Assembly: GCA_965277805.1 (NCBI GenBank) | Contig: OZ255842.1 | Location: 288,001 to 352,000 of the forward strand | Reading direction: 5' to 3' | Length of the DNA: 64,000 nucleotides | Origin: Candidatus Lustribacter sp. | GTDB lineage: Bacteria > Vulcanimicrobiota > Vulcanimicrobiia > Vulcanimicrobiales > Vulcanimicrobiaceae | In this document: piece after piece, positions 9,857-18,520 of the stretch | Layout: every line of letters begins with the position of its first letter | How positions within the stretch are numbered: position 1 is the first letter of the stretch | Notes under the pieces: model-generated | Seen by the model: the letters and a program-made list of their open reading frames with translations, nothing else | Databases searched by the model: none | Told to the model about the DNA's origin: nothing | Translations under genes and position numbers: made by a program

Positions 9857-10451
9857 GGGCGTGCCGCTGAAGGCTCAGATCGCCGAGCAGCTGTTTTGCC
9901 GCGGAACGGAACCGGGCGACATCGCTGTAGATTCGCGCGACCAGCATAGCGCCTTCGAGAGCACTCGCGAGGAGCCGCGCCCGCTCCTTGGCCGGCTCCG
10001 CGAAGGCCAACTCGCCGGCGCGCCGGCCGTCTTGCAGCACGCCGGCAAGCCAGCGTTCATTCGAATCGAAGAAGCCGCGCAGTTCGGCCTGCATCGACGG
10101 CGGGAGTGTGGTGTACTCGGCTGCCAGCATCCCGCAGAGACACATGCGATCGTCGAGCATGACGTTCACGTAGAGATCGACATAGCGCTTCAGCTTATCG
10201 CGGCTGTCCCCCGGCCCTCGCGCGATATCGTCGAGCGCGCACTCGAACGCGGTCCGATAGCGCCTGATCAAAGCGCTGCCGAGGTCGGCCTTCGAAGGGA
10301 AGTGGTAATGAAGGCTCGCCTTCGTAAGAGACAGTTCTGTTGCGATGTCGGCGTAGCTGAAACCATTGAATCCGCGGGTTTGCGCGAGTCGCTCGGCGAC
10401 GTCGAGCAGTCTATCCGCGGTCAGTTTTCGAGGTCCCGTTCCGGGCGGCAT
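9840..10451 (-). CDS. TetR/AcrR-family regulator
   Basis: RGFNGFSYADIATELSLTKASLHYHFPSKADL; MCLCGMLAAE. Confidence 0.92.
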   Translation of the reverse strand: MPPGTGPRKLTADRLLDVAERLAQTRGFNGFSYADIATELSLTKASLHYHFPSKADLGSALIRRYRTAFECALDDIARGPGDSRDKLKRYVDLYVNVMLDDRMCLCGMLAAEYTTLPPSMQAELRGFFDSNERWLAGVLQDGRRAGELAFAEPAKERARLLASALEGAMLVARIYSDVARFRSAAKQLLGDLSLQRHALRRGA

Positions 10452-10471
10452 GCGGAATTTTTTGACGCACC

Positions 10472-10499
10472 TTGACTTCTACCTTCCAGTAGGTAAAAT
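10472..10499 (+). promoter_or_regulatory. Promoter with likely TetR operator
   Basis: TTGACT(10472)...TAAAAT(10494-10499); imperfect inverted repeat TACCT-N6-AGGTA at 10480-10495. Confidence 0.55.
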
Positions 10500-10543
10500 A
10501 CTCGTACCGCCGGGTTATTTGCATCCCTCTTGGGAGATTACAG

Positions 10544-10750
10544 ATGCTACAGAACGGTGATAGAAAGATAATCGACTGCCGGGAATTTCCGAGTGAAACG
10601 AACTGCTCCCTGACGATTGCCGGCACGGAATCCGAAGTCCTCAAAGCGGCCTCCGAACACGCCGTCTCGAGTCACGGGCATACGGCCGGTCCCGAACTCA
10701 TAAGCGCGCTTCGCTCCGCCTTGCACGACGAAAAAGTGAATACGCGCTAG
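10544..10750 (+). CDS. DUF1059-family small metal-binding protein
   Basis: RKIIDCREFPSETNCSLTIAG.E.EVL.AA.EHAV..HGH. Confidence 0.8.
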   Translation: MLQNGDRKIIDCREFPSETNCSLTIAGTESEVLKAASEHAVSSHGHTAGPELISALRSALHDEKVNTR

Positions 10751-11700
10751 TCGAGAACGCCGAGCGACTTCCAACTGCGCTCTGCAGCGGGGTGGAGCGG
10801 AACGTCGTACGGCGCGTCGCCGGCATTGCCGCACATGCGCGCGAGCGAGAGCGGCGCGTCTTCTTGCCATGGGATTCGCGCGACGCACGCTGCGAGGGCC
10901 GCGCAGATTTGCGTCACGTCGGCGTCGGGAAGGTCGGCGTGCACGAACAGCGGCCAGCCGCTGAAATCGATGGTGAGAACGTCGGCCGGGAGTTTCGGAT
11001 AGCGCGTCTGCGGAATCACGGCGCGCCGGTAGCCGAGCGCTTCGAGTTGCGCGACCGCGGGTTCGGCGAGCGTCAGCACCGTCATGCCGGCGTCGAGCGC
11101 GGTGCTGATCCAGGAATCGGCACCTTCGTCGAAGATCGCATCGAGCGATCCGTCGAGAAACGCCCGAAACTTCGGCGCGCGCGCATCCGGTGACACGCCT
11201 TCAAAGCGAAACTCGCCGCCCCACGCGATGATGTCGTCACGCGTGAAGCCGCTCGCGCGCATGATGTCGTCGAGCATGAAGTGCAGCGAGTGCGCGCGGT
11301 CGCCGCGCACGCCGATGCGCAAGGCGGGCCGTTTCGCCGCGATCTCCGCAAACGAGCGCAGCCCCGTTTGCGGATGCACGGCGAACACGTACTGATCGCG
11401 CGAGGGCAGCACGGCGATCGTGCGCACCGGCACGGGCGCCGTAAACGGCCCGGTGCCGCGATACGCGAGCGTGAGAGTTGCCGACGGGTTCACGATCGCT
11501 AGCGCGACCTCGCGCGCGGCGACCGCGTGTATGCCGGCGATGGTGCTCGAGCCGAACAGCGCGATCTCGCGTCCGCCGCCGAGGTCGACGATGGCCTTCG
11601 CTTGACGCGCGGGCGTGGGTGCGGCAGCGAGCGCGAGTTCGGTGGCCATTTCCAGCACCAGCACCGAGCGCGTCGTCGGGGGAAAGACCGGCGGCATCAA
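10747..11700 (-). CDS. TAXI-type TRAP substrate-binding-fold protein lacking a signal peptide
   Basis: LAYRGTGPF, VFAVHPQTGLRSFAEI, C-terminal VPLHPAAER. Confidence 0.65.
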   Translation of the reverse strand: MMPPVFPPTTRSVLVLEMATELALAAAPTPARQAKAIVDLGGGREIALFGSSTIAGIHAVAAREVALAIVNPSATLTLAYRGTGPFTAPVPVRTIAVLPSRDQYVFAVHPQTGLRSFAEIAAKRPALRIGVRGDRAHSLHFMLDDIMRASGFTRDDIIAWGGEFRFEGVSPDARAPKFRAFLDGSLDAIFDEGADSWISTALDAGMTVLTLAEPAVAQLEALGYRRAVIPQTRYPKLPADVLTIDFSGWPLFVHADLPDADVTQICAALAACVARIPWQEDAPLSLARMCGNAGDAPYDVPLHPAAERSWKSLGVLD

Positions 11701-12446
11701 GCGTTCAGTTTATAGAGGTCGATCGCGGCGAGCCCAATCTGGTGGTACTGGTATTTGTGCACGAGGATCGACTCGCGCAACGCGGCGGCCGCGCGGTCTT
11801 GATCCGCTTCGGTTACCGCATATTGGGCCAAGAGCGCGAGCGCGTCTTCGCCATGCCCCGGACCGTCGTCGCCCACGCCGTGGTCGGCATGTTCGGCGGC
11901 CGACCAGTGCGACATCGCTTCGCGCTGCAAGCCGAGCTTCGCCCACGGCTTCGATGAGTTGCCCGGGATCTGACCGTAGCGTGCCGCGAGCGGCGCGTTG
12001 GTCAGCATTTCCAGGCACGCGATGGCCGCGAAGGCCTCGAGCCACGGTTTAGTGCGTGAGACGTTGTCGAAGTACTGCAGCGCCATCGTGGTGACGATCA
12101 TCGGCACGTACTCGCGAATCTGCTGCTCGCTCGCGCCCAGCGCCTTTGCGAACATCCACATGCTCTCGTTGTGGCCGACGTCGATCGTCGGGTCCTTGAC
12201 CTCTTCCACGTACATGTTTTCGATCATGTACGCGCGGGCGTCGATGTGCGGACAGTTCGCGATGATGTTGCCGAACCAGCGCGGGAATTTATCGGTGAAT
12301 TGACAGTGCTCGAGCGCGAAGAGCAAGGCGCCTTCGCGGGACATATACTCGCGTTGAAATTGATACATCGCCGGCGGCGATTCCCAGTAGATCTCGCCCA
12401 CCATAGAACGAATTTGTTCTTTATAAGCGTCACCGTCGCGGATCAT
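11697..12446 (-). CDS. Heme-oxygenase-like diiron (PqqC/CADD/TenA fold) redox enzyme
   Basis: IIANCP...ENMYVEE...GH, FAKALG, W.EA...LE pattern. Confidence 0.75.
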   Translation of the reverse strand: MIRDGDAYKEQIRSMVGEIYWESPPAMYQFQREYMSREGALLFALEHCQFTDKFPRWFGNIIANCPHIDARAYMIENMYVEEVKDPTIDVGHNESMWMFAKALGASEQQIREYVPMIVTTMALQYFDNVSRTKPWLEAFAAIACLEMLTNAPLAARYGQIPGNSSKPWAKLGLQREAMSHWSAAEHADHGVGDDGPGHGEDALALLAQYAVTEADQDRAAAALRESILVHKYQYHQIGLAAIDLYKLNA

Positions 12447-12458
12447 CGCCGTCCTTTC

Positions 12459-13196
12459 TCATCGTGTGCTCACCCGTCCCGCCGTCGCGCCGCCGTCGAC
12501 CACGATCACGCTGCCGGTGACATAGCTCGCGGCATCCGATGCGAGGTAGGCGACGAGTTGCGCGACGTCGGCGGGCCGGCCGAAGCGGCCGATCGGGATG
12601 TGCGCTGGGAGCGTATCGTCGTCGACGCGTTCGTCCGGCAGGATGGACCCGGCGCAGATGCAGTTCACGCGCACGCCGTACGGGCCGGCTTCCAATGCGG
12701 AGACCTTCGTGAACGTGGCGATCGCGGCTTTGGACGCGGCATAGGCGCTGCCGAGAGCGTAGGGCAGAAGACCGCTGATCGATCCCATGTTCACGATCGA
12801 GCCGCCGCCGAGCCGGCGCATGTGCGGCAGCGCGTATTTCGTGCACAGCATCGTGCCGTCGACGTTGACGCGGAACGTTTCGCGCCACGACTCGAGCGCA
12901 TGCTCTTCGATCCCTTCGGTGGGGTGCAGTGCGGCGTTGTTGCACAGCACGTCCAAGCGGTCGAACTCCGCGATCGCAGCGGTGATGCCGAGCTGCGCGC
13001 CATCCGGCGTACCGGTATCGCCGGTGAGGAAGCGGACGTTCTGACCCGCGGCTAGCGAGGCTGTAGCGCGCGCGTTGGCGGCGGCATCCCAGTCGACGGA
13101 GACGACCGCCATTCCGCCGGCGGCGAGCGTGCGCACGATCTCGAGCCCGATGTTGTTGGCACCGCCGGTGACCACGGCGACGCGTGGCGTTTCCAT
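12459..13196 (-). CDS. Short-chain dehydrogenase/reductase
   Basis: TGGANNIG, NNAA, YAASK, RFGRPADVA, VDGG. Confidence 0.93.
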   Translation of the reverse strand: METPRVAVVTGGANNIGLEIVRTLAAGGMAVVSVDWDAAANARATASLAAGQNVRFLTGDTGTPDGAQLGITAAIAEFDRLDVLCNNAALHPTEGIEEHALESWRETFRVNVDGTMLCTKYALPHMRRLGGGSIVNMGSISGLLPYALGSAYAASKAAIATFTKVSALEAGPYGVRVNCICAGSILPDERVDDDTLPAHIPIGRFGRPADVAQLVAYLASDAASYVTGSVIVVDGGATAGRVSTR

Positions 13197-13201
13197 CCTC
13201 G

Positions 13202-14305
13202 TCAACCCTTCACGCGGTAGCGCCGCAATTTTTCCGGATCGATCGTTGCGCCGAAGCCGGGCCGCTCGGGCACGGCGATCGCGCCGTCCACAACGGCGAG
13301 CGGTTCGGACATCACGTCGCCCGCGAGGCGTTCGAAAAACTGAATCTCGCTCGGCCACGGATCGAGGGCCGGGATCGCGGCGCGCAGGTGCGCGCGTGCC
13401 AGCGCACCGACGTTCGATTCGAGGTCGGTGCCGACGATCGCGGGCAGGCCGGCGGCTTCGCAGAGCGCGATGATCTTCAACGTCTCCGTGATACCCGTGC
13501 GCCGCGGGTGCAGGCTGATCGCGCCGACCGCTTGCGCCGCGATGTAGCGTTCCGCCGTGTCGAGCGAATCGATCGGTATCTCGCCGAGCAGCGAGATCGG
13601 CAATGCGGCGCGCAGCGCGCTCATGCGTTCGAGCGGCAGGTTGCATGGATCCTCGATCAGAGCCACGCCGTATTCTGCGAGGAGCGGCAGCAGCGCGAGC
13701 GCTTCGTTTTCCGAGTACGAGTGGTTGGCATCGGCGTAAATGAGCACGTCTTCGCCTACCGCAGCGCGTATGTCGCGAACCAGGTGGACGTCGTCCATCG
13801 AATGGCGCCACAGCTTGACCTTGAGCGCGCGAATGCCGCGCGCGACCGACCGCTGCGCGTCCTCGAGCATCGCGGCCGGCGTATCGCCGAACAGGATCGC
13901 CGTTACCGGAACGGGCCGCGGCCGCGTTCCGCCGAGCAGTTGCCAGACCGGTTGCCCCGCGATCCGGCCTTTGAGATCCCACAGCGCGGTGTCGATCAGC
14001 GCTTTCGCAATCGTCGCGCCGCGCACGCGTTCGAGCGCGACGAGCAGCCGCTCGTGATCGAGCGGGTCGGCGCCTTCGAGCAGCGGGCGGAAGAAGCGGT
14101 CGAACTGCGCTGCGAGCACCGCCGGATCGCTGTCGGGGATGTTTGGGATGCCGGTCACTTCGGCGATGCCCACGGTGCCGTCGCGCGTCGTCAAGCGGAG
14201 CAGCGCGTACCCACTGCTCGCACCTTGCGACGAGCGAAATTGGACCTTCGACTGATACGGCAGGTTGAGCTCGATCAGCTCGACCTGCGCGATTGCGAGC
14301 GCTAT
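13202..14305 (-). CDS. Mandelate racemase/muconate lactonizing (enolase superfamily) enzyme; start non-canonical or frameshifted
   Basis: KVK, DAN, IEDP, GE motifs; N-terminal capping domain (IAQVELIELNLP...ALLRLTTRDG) extends upstream of TTG 14194. Confidence 0.8.
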   Translation of the reverse strand: MALAIAQVELIELNLPYQSKVQFRSSQGASSGYALLRLTTRDGTVGIAEVTGIPNIPDSDPAVLAAQFDRFFRPLLEGADPLDHERLLVALERVRGATIAKALIDTALWDLKGRIAGQPVWQLLGGTRPRPVPVTAILFGDTPAAMLEDAQRSVARGIRALKVKLWRHSMDDVHLVRDIRAAVGEDVLIYADANHSYSENEALALLPLLAEYGVALIEDPCNLPLERMSALRAALPISLLGEIPIDSLDTAERYIAAQAVGAISLHPRRTGITETLKIIALCEAAGLPAIVGTDLESNVGALARAHLRAAIPALDPWPSEIQFFERLAGDVMSEPLAVVDGAIAVPERPGFGATIDPEKLRRYRVKG

Positions 14306-14317
14306 TTGGTCACGTGG

Positions 14318-15385
14318 TCACGCGTACGTGACCAGCGCGGTCAGGACGGTCGGCGATGCGGGGATCACGGGTTCCCACGTTTCGCCGGCATCGCGCGAGA
14401 CGTAGAGTGCTCCCTCGCCGGAGGTTTTGGTGTTGACGAAGTAGCCGCGCGCGCCGTTACCCATGCCGCAGTAAAGCGTGTTCGGATCGCCGGGATGCGG
14501 CGCGAGCACCCACGGCACCCACTTTTCGATGCCGTGCGTGACGACGCGCCAGTCGTCGCCGCCGTTATCGCTCACGAGGATGTGACCGTCGGGGTTCGTG
14601 TGGTCGAGCGCCCAGACGCCCGGCGAGCCGCGCGAGCCGCACACGACCATGCGAGGCCGGCCGTTCACATCGAGGAACTGCCACTCGTGCGAATAGCACC
14701 AGGCGGGCTTTTCGGCCCACGGCATGCCGTGCTCGACGCGGTACCAGTGCGCGCCCATGTCGTCGGTGCGGTAGAACCCCTGCGCCGAGGAAACGTAGTA
14801 GCGGTCGCGGCTGCCGGGATAGTTCGCGATCATGTGCATGTCGACGTAGTCGATGCCGTCGCTGCGGTCGGCCCACGTCGCGCCGCCGTCGCGGCTCAAC
14901 AGACAACCGCCGTGTTCGAGCAGCACGAAGATCTGCTGCGGATCGTCCGGATGAATGTGGATGTGGCGCAGATGCGGCTCTTCTTTGCCGCGATAGGGAA
15001 ACGGAACGTCCCACTTTTTCTTGGCTTCGTCCGGCACGTCGAGCATGCCGTCGAGCGGTTCCCAGGTCGTGCCTTCATCGTCGCTGCGAAACAGCCGCAC
15101 CGGCCCGATCCCGGCCCAGATGACGCGCTCGTCGTGGGGGTCGACCGTGAAGGTGCGGACGTCGCCCGACAGGACTTTCTCCCACGACTTGCCGGCATCG
15201 CGCGAACGGTAACCACCCTCGAACGCGACGCCCGCGAAGATGATCTCCGGTTTACCCGGGATATGCTTGAGGTCTTCGAGCGTGCTGTTTTCGAACGCCG
15301 AATCGACGACGTGCGGCGCGGCACCATTGCTCTCGAGGATCTGCAGGCCGCGGTTGTACCCGAGGTAATAGCGTAATTTGTCCAT
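14318..15385 (-). CDS. BNR/Asp-box beta-propeller protein (WD40/YVTN/BNR-like), no signal peptide
   Basis: Repeated Asp boxes SRDAGKSW, SDDEGTTW, SRDGGATW, TDDMGAHW, SDNGGDDW, SRDAGETW. Confidence 0.85.
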   Translation of the reverse strand: MDKLRYYLGYNRGLQILESNGAAPHVVDSAFENSTLEDLKHIPGKPEIIFAGVAFEGGYRSRDAGKSWEKVLSGDVRTFTVDPHDERVIWAGIGPVRLFRSDDEGTTWEPLDGMLDVPDEAKKKWDVPFPYRGKEEPHLRHIHIHPDDPQQIFVLLEHGGCLLSRDGGATWADRSDGIDYVDMHMIANYPGSRDRYYVSSAQGFYRTDDMGAHWYRVEHGMPWAEKPAWCYSHEWQFLDVNGRPRMVVCGSRGSPGVWALDHTNPDGHILVSDNGGDDWRVVTHGIEKWVPWVLAPHPGDPNTLYCGMGNGARGYFVNTKTSGEGALYVSRDAGETWEPVIPASPTVLTALVTYA

Positions 15386-15483
15386 CTACTCATACTCCCG
15401 GGGCGGATAGAACGAGAAGGATAGAATTCTAACGAGGAGTCTAGCCTCTCCGCTTGCTAAAAGTCAACTAAGGGAGAAACGCG

Positions 15484-16422
15484 ATGGCTGTATACTCTCG
15501 CACTGCACTATTGGCCGTCCTGAGCGCGGCCGTGGCGGCGCCGGCGTGCGTGCGGGCGGCGGAACCGGCGACGATCCGCATCGGTACCGCAGCGACCGAT
15601 GCGACGGCGCAGCACTTCTATGCGCGCGACAACGGCTTTTTCGCCGCGGCCGGGATCAACCCCGAGATCACCACGCTGCGCAACGTTACCGAAATGACGG
15701 CCGGCGCCATCGGCGGTTCGCTCGACGTGATCGCCGGCAGCCTCGTGCCGATCGCGCAAGCCGACAAGCACGGTAACGATCTCCGCGCGATCGCCCTCGG
15801 CAACATCTACACAGGCCCGCCGCCGCAAGGCGTGGTCGTCACCGGACAAAATTCGACGATTCGCAGCGGCGCCGATCTGAACGGCAAAGTCGTCTCGGTA
15901 AACGGTCTCGGCGATTTCTCGCAAGTGACGATCGAGGCATGGATCGATTCGACCGGCGGCGATGCCAAGAGCGTGAAGCTGCTGGAGTTGCCGTTCGCCG
16001 GCGTCGCGGCCGCGCTCGCGCAGGGCCGCATCGATGCCGCCCTGCTCGTCGAACCCTTCACGACGATGGCCAAGGATCAGGTACGCGTGATCGGCGACGC
16101 GCTCGCGCCGGTCGGCAAACACTTCATGGTCACCGGCTGGTACGCCAGAGCCGCCTGGCTCAACGCCAACCGCGACGCGGCTCGGCGCTTCGTTGCCGTG
16201 ATGCTGCAAACGGCGGTCTGGGCCAATAAGAATCATGACCAGTCAGCCGCGATCCTCGCGCACTACAGCCCTGTTCCGCTCGAAGTCATCCGCGCGAGCC
16301 CGCGCGCCCTCTACGGCGAGATGCCGATCAGTGCGGATTGGCTGCAGCCCGTCCTCGACTTCTCAACCAAATACATCGGCCTCGAGAAAACCTCGGCCGC
16401 GTCCCTGATCTGGAAACCTTAG
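15484..16422 (+). CDS. ABC substrate-binding protein, NitT/TauT family (paralog of 8201-9151)
   Basis: Signal peptide; shares VNGLGD, GRIDAALLVEPFTT and SA.IL.HY with the paralog. Confidence 0.88.
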   Translation: MAVYSRTALLAVLSAAVAAPACVRAAEPATIRIGTAATDATAQHFYARDNGFFAAAGINPEITTLRNVTEMTAGAIGGSLDVIAGSLVPIAQADKHGNDLRAIALGNIYTGPPPQGVVVTGQNSTIRSGADLNGKVVSVNGLGDFSQVTIEAWIDSTGGDAKSVKLLELPFAGVAAALAQGRIDAALLVEPFTTMAKDQVRVIGDALAPVGKHFMVTGWYARAAWLNANRDAARRFVAVMLQTAVWANKNHDQSAAILAHYSPVPLEVIRASPRALYGEMPISADWLQPVLDFSTKYIGLEKTSAASLIWKP

Positions 16423-17099
16423 GGGACGAGTGCGCGGAGGCGGTCGGGATCGGCGATGATGACGTGCGCGGTGCGCATGTCGACCAGTTTCTCATCCCAG
16501 AAGCGATTCAGCGTGCGGTTGACCGTTTCGCGCGTGGTCGCGATCATGTTCGCCATCTCTTGATTGGTCAGGCGCAGCGAGATGCGCGTGCCGCTATCGA
16601 CCGGTTCGCCGAACTGCGAGCTGAGATTCAGCAGCAGCGAGGCCAGGCGCGCGCGGATGTCCTGTGAGGTCGTCGCCGCGATCAGCGCGTTGGCGGCGCG
16701 CAGGCGTTCGGAGAGCGCGATTGCGAGCGAGCGTCCGATGCGCGGGTTGTCATCGAGCAGCACGAGGAAATCGGTGTAGCGGATCGCGCCGACCTCGACG
16801 TCGGTCAGCGTCTTGATCGATGCGCTGCGCAGCGATGAGTCGAACATCGCCATCTCGCCGAAGAAGTCGCCCTCTTTGAGGATCGCGAGGATCATCTCAC
16901 GCCCGTCGGGCATGATGCGGCACACCGACACCGAGCCCGTCACGAGGAAGAAGAACGTGCTGCCCGGATCGCCCTCGCGCACGACGAAATCGTGTTTGGT
17001 GTAGGTGCGATCGGTCGCCGTCGCCACGATGCCGGCGACCTCATCGTCGGCGAAATCGCGAAACAGCGGAACCCGCCGGATGCACGCTGCGTCGATCAT
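16419..17099 (-). CDS. Crp/Fnr-family transcriptional regulator
   Basis: cNMP site GDFFGEMA...RSAS; HTH LTNQEMANMIATTRETVNRTL. Confidence 0.93.
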   Translation of the reverse strand: MIDAACIRRVPLFRDFADDEVAGIVATATDRTYTKHDFVVREGDPGSTFFFLVTGSVSVCRIMPDGREMILAILKEGDFFGEMAMFDSSLRSASIKTLTDVEVGAIRYTDFLVLLDDNPRIGRSLAIALSERLRAANALIAATTSQDIRARLASLLLNLSSQFGEPVDSGTRISLRLTNQEMANMIATTRETVNRTLNRFWDEKLVDMRTAHVIIADPDRLRALVP

Positions 17100-17103
17100 C
17101 CGG

Positions 17104-17607
17104 CTAGCCGCCGTAGAAGATCGTGTCGCCGAGGTCTTTCATTTCGAGGATCGCGTTGTCGGGCCGTCCCGCCGGCGGCTTCATCACGTGCGCTTCGACC
17201 ACTTCGGCGACGACGACGTGATGGTCGCCGTCTTCAACGATCGAGGTGACCTTCAGTTCGACGGCGGCGATGGCCGAATCGAGAATCGGCACGCCGGTCG
17301 TGCCCTTGTGATAGGGCTGCCCGCTGAGCTTCATGCCCTCGACGACGGTTGGTTTGAAAAACGCGAACGCCACGTCTTTCTGATCCTTGCCGAGCATACA
17401 CAAACCGAAGTGCGCGCCTTTGGAGAGCGCCTTGCGGCCATGCGAATCGGCCTTCACGCCGATCGCGACCAGCGGCGGCCCGAACGACGCCTGCGTCACC
17501 CAGTTGACGGTGGCAGCCGACAGGTTGCCTTTGCCGTCGTCCGTCGTCATCACGTAGAGACCGTAGGGAATCATCCGCAGAGCGGTCTTTTTTGCGTCAG
17601 CGTCCAT
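17104..17607 (-). CDS. Flavin reductase-like family protein
   Basis: MIPYGLYVMT, WVTQASFGPP, GDHHVVVAEV. Confidence 0.9.
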   Translation of the reverse strand: MDADAKKTALRMIPYGLYVMTTDDGKGNLSAATVNWVTQASFGPPLVAIGVKADSHGRKALSKGAHFGLCMLGKDQKDVAFAFFKPTVVEGMKLSGQPYHKGTTGVPILDSAIAAVELKVTSIVEDGDHHVVVAEVVEAHVMKPPAGRPDNAILEMKDLGDTIFYGG

Positions 17608-17643
17608 CGCCGGAAAAGTGCGCCGCAAGCGGCGCTTACCCTG

Positions 17644-18462
17644 CTACGGAGAGCCGTAGAGCGCGGCCGCGTTGTCCCAGGAAATCCGGGCCGCCACGCC
17701 CGGCGGCAATTGCGCCGCGATCCGGCGGTAACTGCGTATCACGACGGGGTAGCCTGACCAATTCGAGCCGAGGGTCGTGTAGAAGTCGGAACCGTACATG
17801 AGCCTGTCGCTGTGCTGGGGTGCGCGGAGAGAATCGCTTCCGCTTTATCGGGCGACCCGTAGGCTAAGCTCGGCAAGACGAAGCGCTGCTGCGGCCATGC
17901 GGCGTAGAGCTTGTCGAAGTTCGCGCGATCGCGATCCCACGCCCACGCTTCGAAGTGCGTCATGAGCGGTACGTCGGCGCTTGCTATTTGCGTGAGCAGC
18001 GCCTTCGCTCCGGTGCCCTGCCGGTTGACGAAGATGTCGCCGGTCTTGGTCGGTTTGTGATCGGGCTTATCGCCGTGCGTGTAGAGGATCTCGCCGATGA
18101 ATTTGTAGGTCCCGTTTTTGACGCCGTTGACGGTCTCTGCGACGTAGCCGCGCGGGAGATCGCCCTCGGTGATGAAACCGATCTTCGGCGCGCCGAGGAC
18201 GATCGTTTCGGGATGGGCTTGCGCGAGCGCGGCGACGGCTTTGGCGGTCGGCGTTGCACTGCCTTCGCGGCTGTTGGCGAAGATCGCGATGCGTTTTACC
18301 CCGGCCGCTTGCATCGCGTCGATCACGTGGCCGACGTTGGGATTCCATGACTGCACGTTCGCATCGAAGATCGGGCCGTCGTACGGCGGCGGCAGCGGCG
18401 GGCAATCGGCGGCGCGCGTGGTGCCGCTCGAAAACGCGAGCACGATTGTCGCGCATGCGACG
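17644..18462 (-). pseudogene. Amidohydrolase_2-family gene broken by a deletion and frameshift at about 17817
   Basis: First frame ...IGEI...THFE...AILSAHP then nonsense; second frame continues HSDRLMYGSDF...ISWDNAAALYGSP* to TAG 17646-17644; 5' end approximate. Confidence 0.7.
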
Positions 18463-18520
18463 GGTCGGGCGCGTTCCCTCGGAAATAGGAGCGCGCCGGG
18501 CGGTGCGAAATGGGGAGCGC

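Noticed and set aside
14318-14320. Selenocysteine readthrough joining the propeller and enolase genes
   Set aside because: No SECIS-like hairpin recognised, and the position is an interdomain linker rather than a catalytic Cys site.
13184-15376. 730-aa plus-strand ORF and other long antisense ORFs (e.g. 5802-7262, 34957-36612, 44269-46371 alternate frame)
   Set aside because: Shadow frames of real genes in high-GC DNA, with no motifs and Arg/Ala-biased composition.
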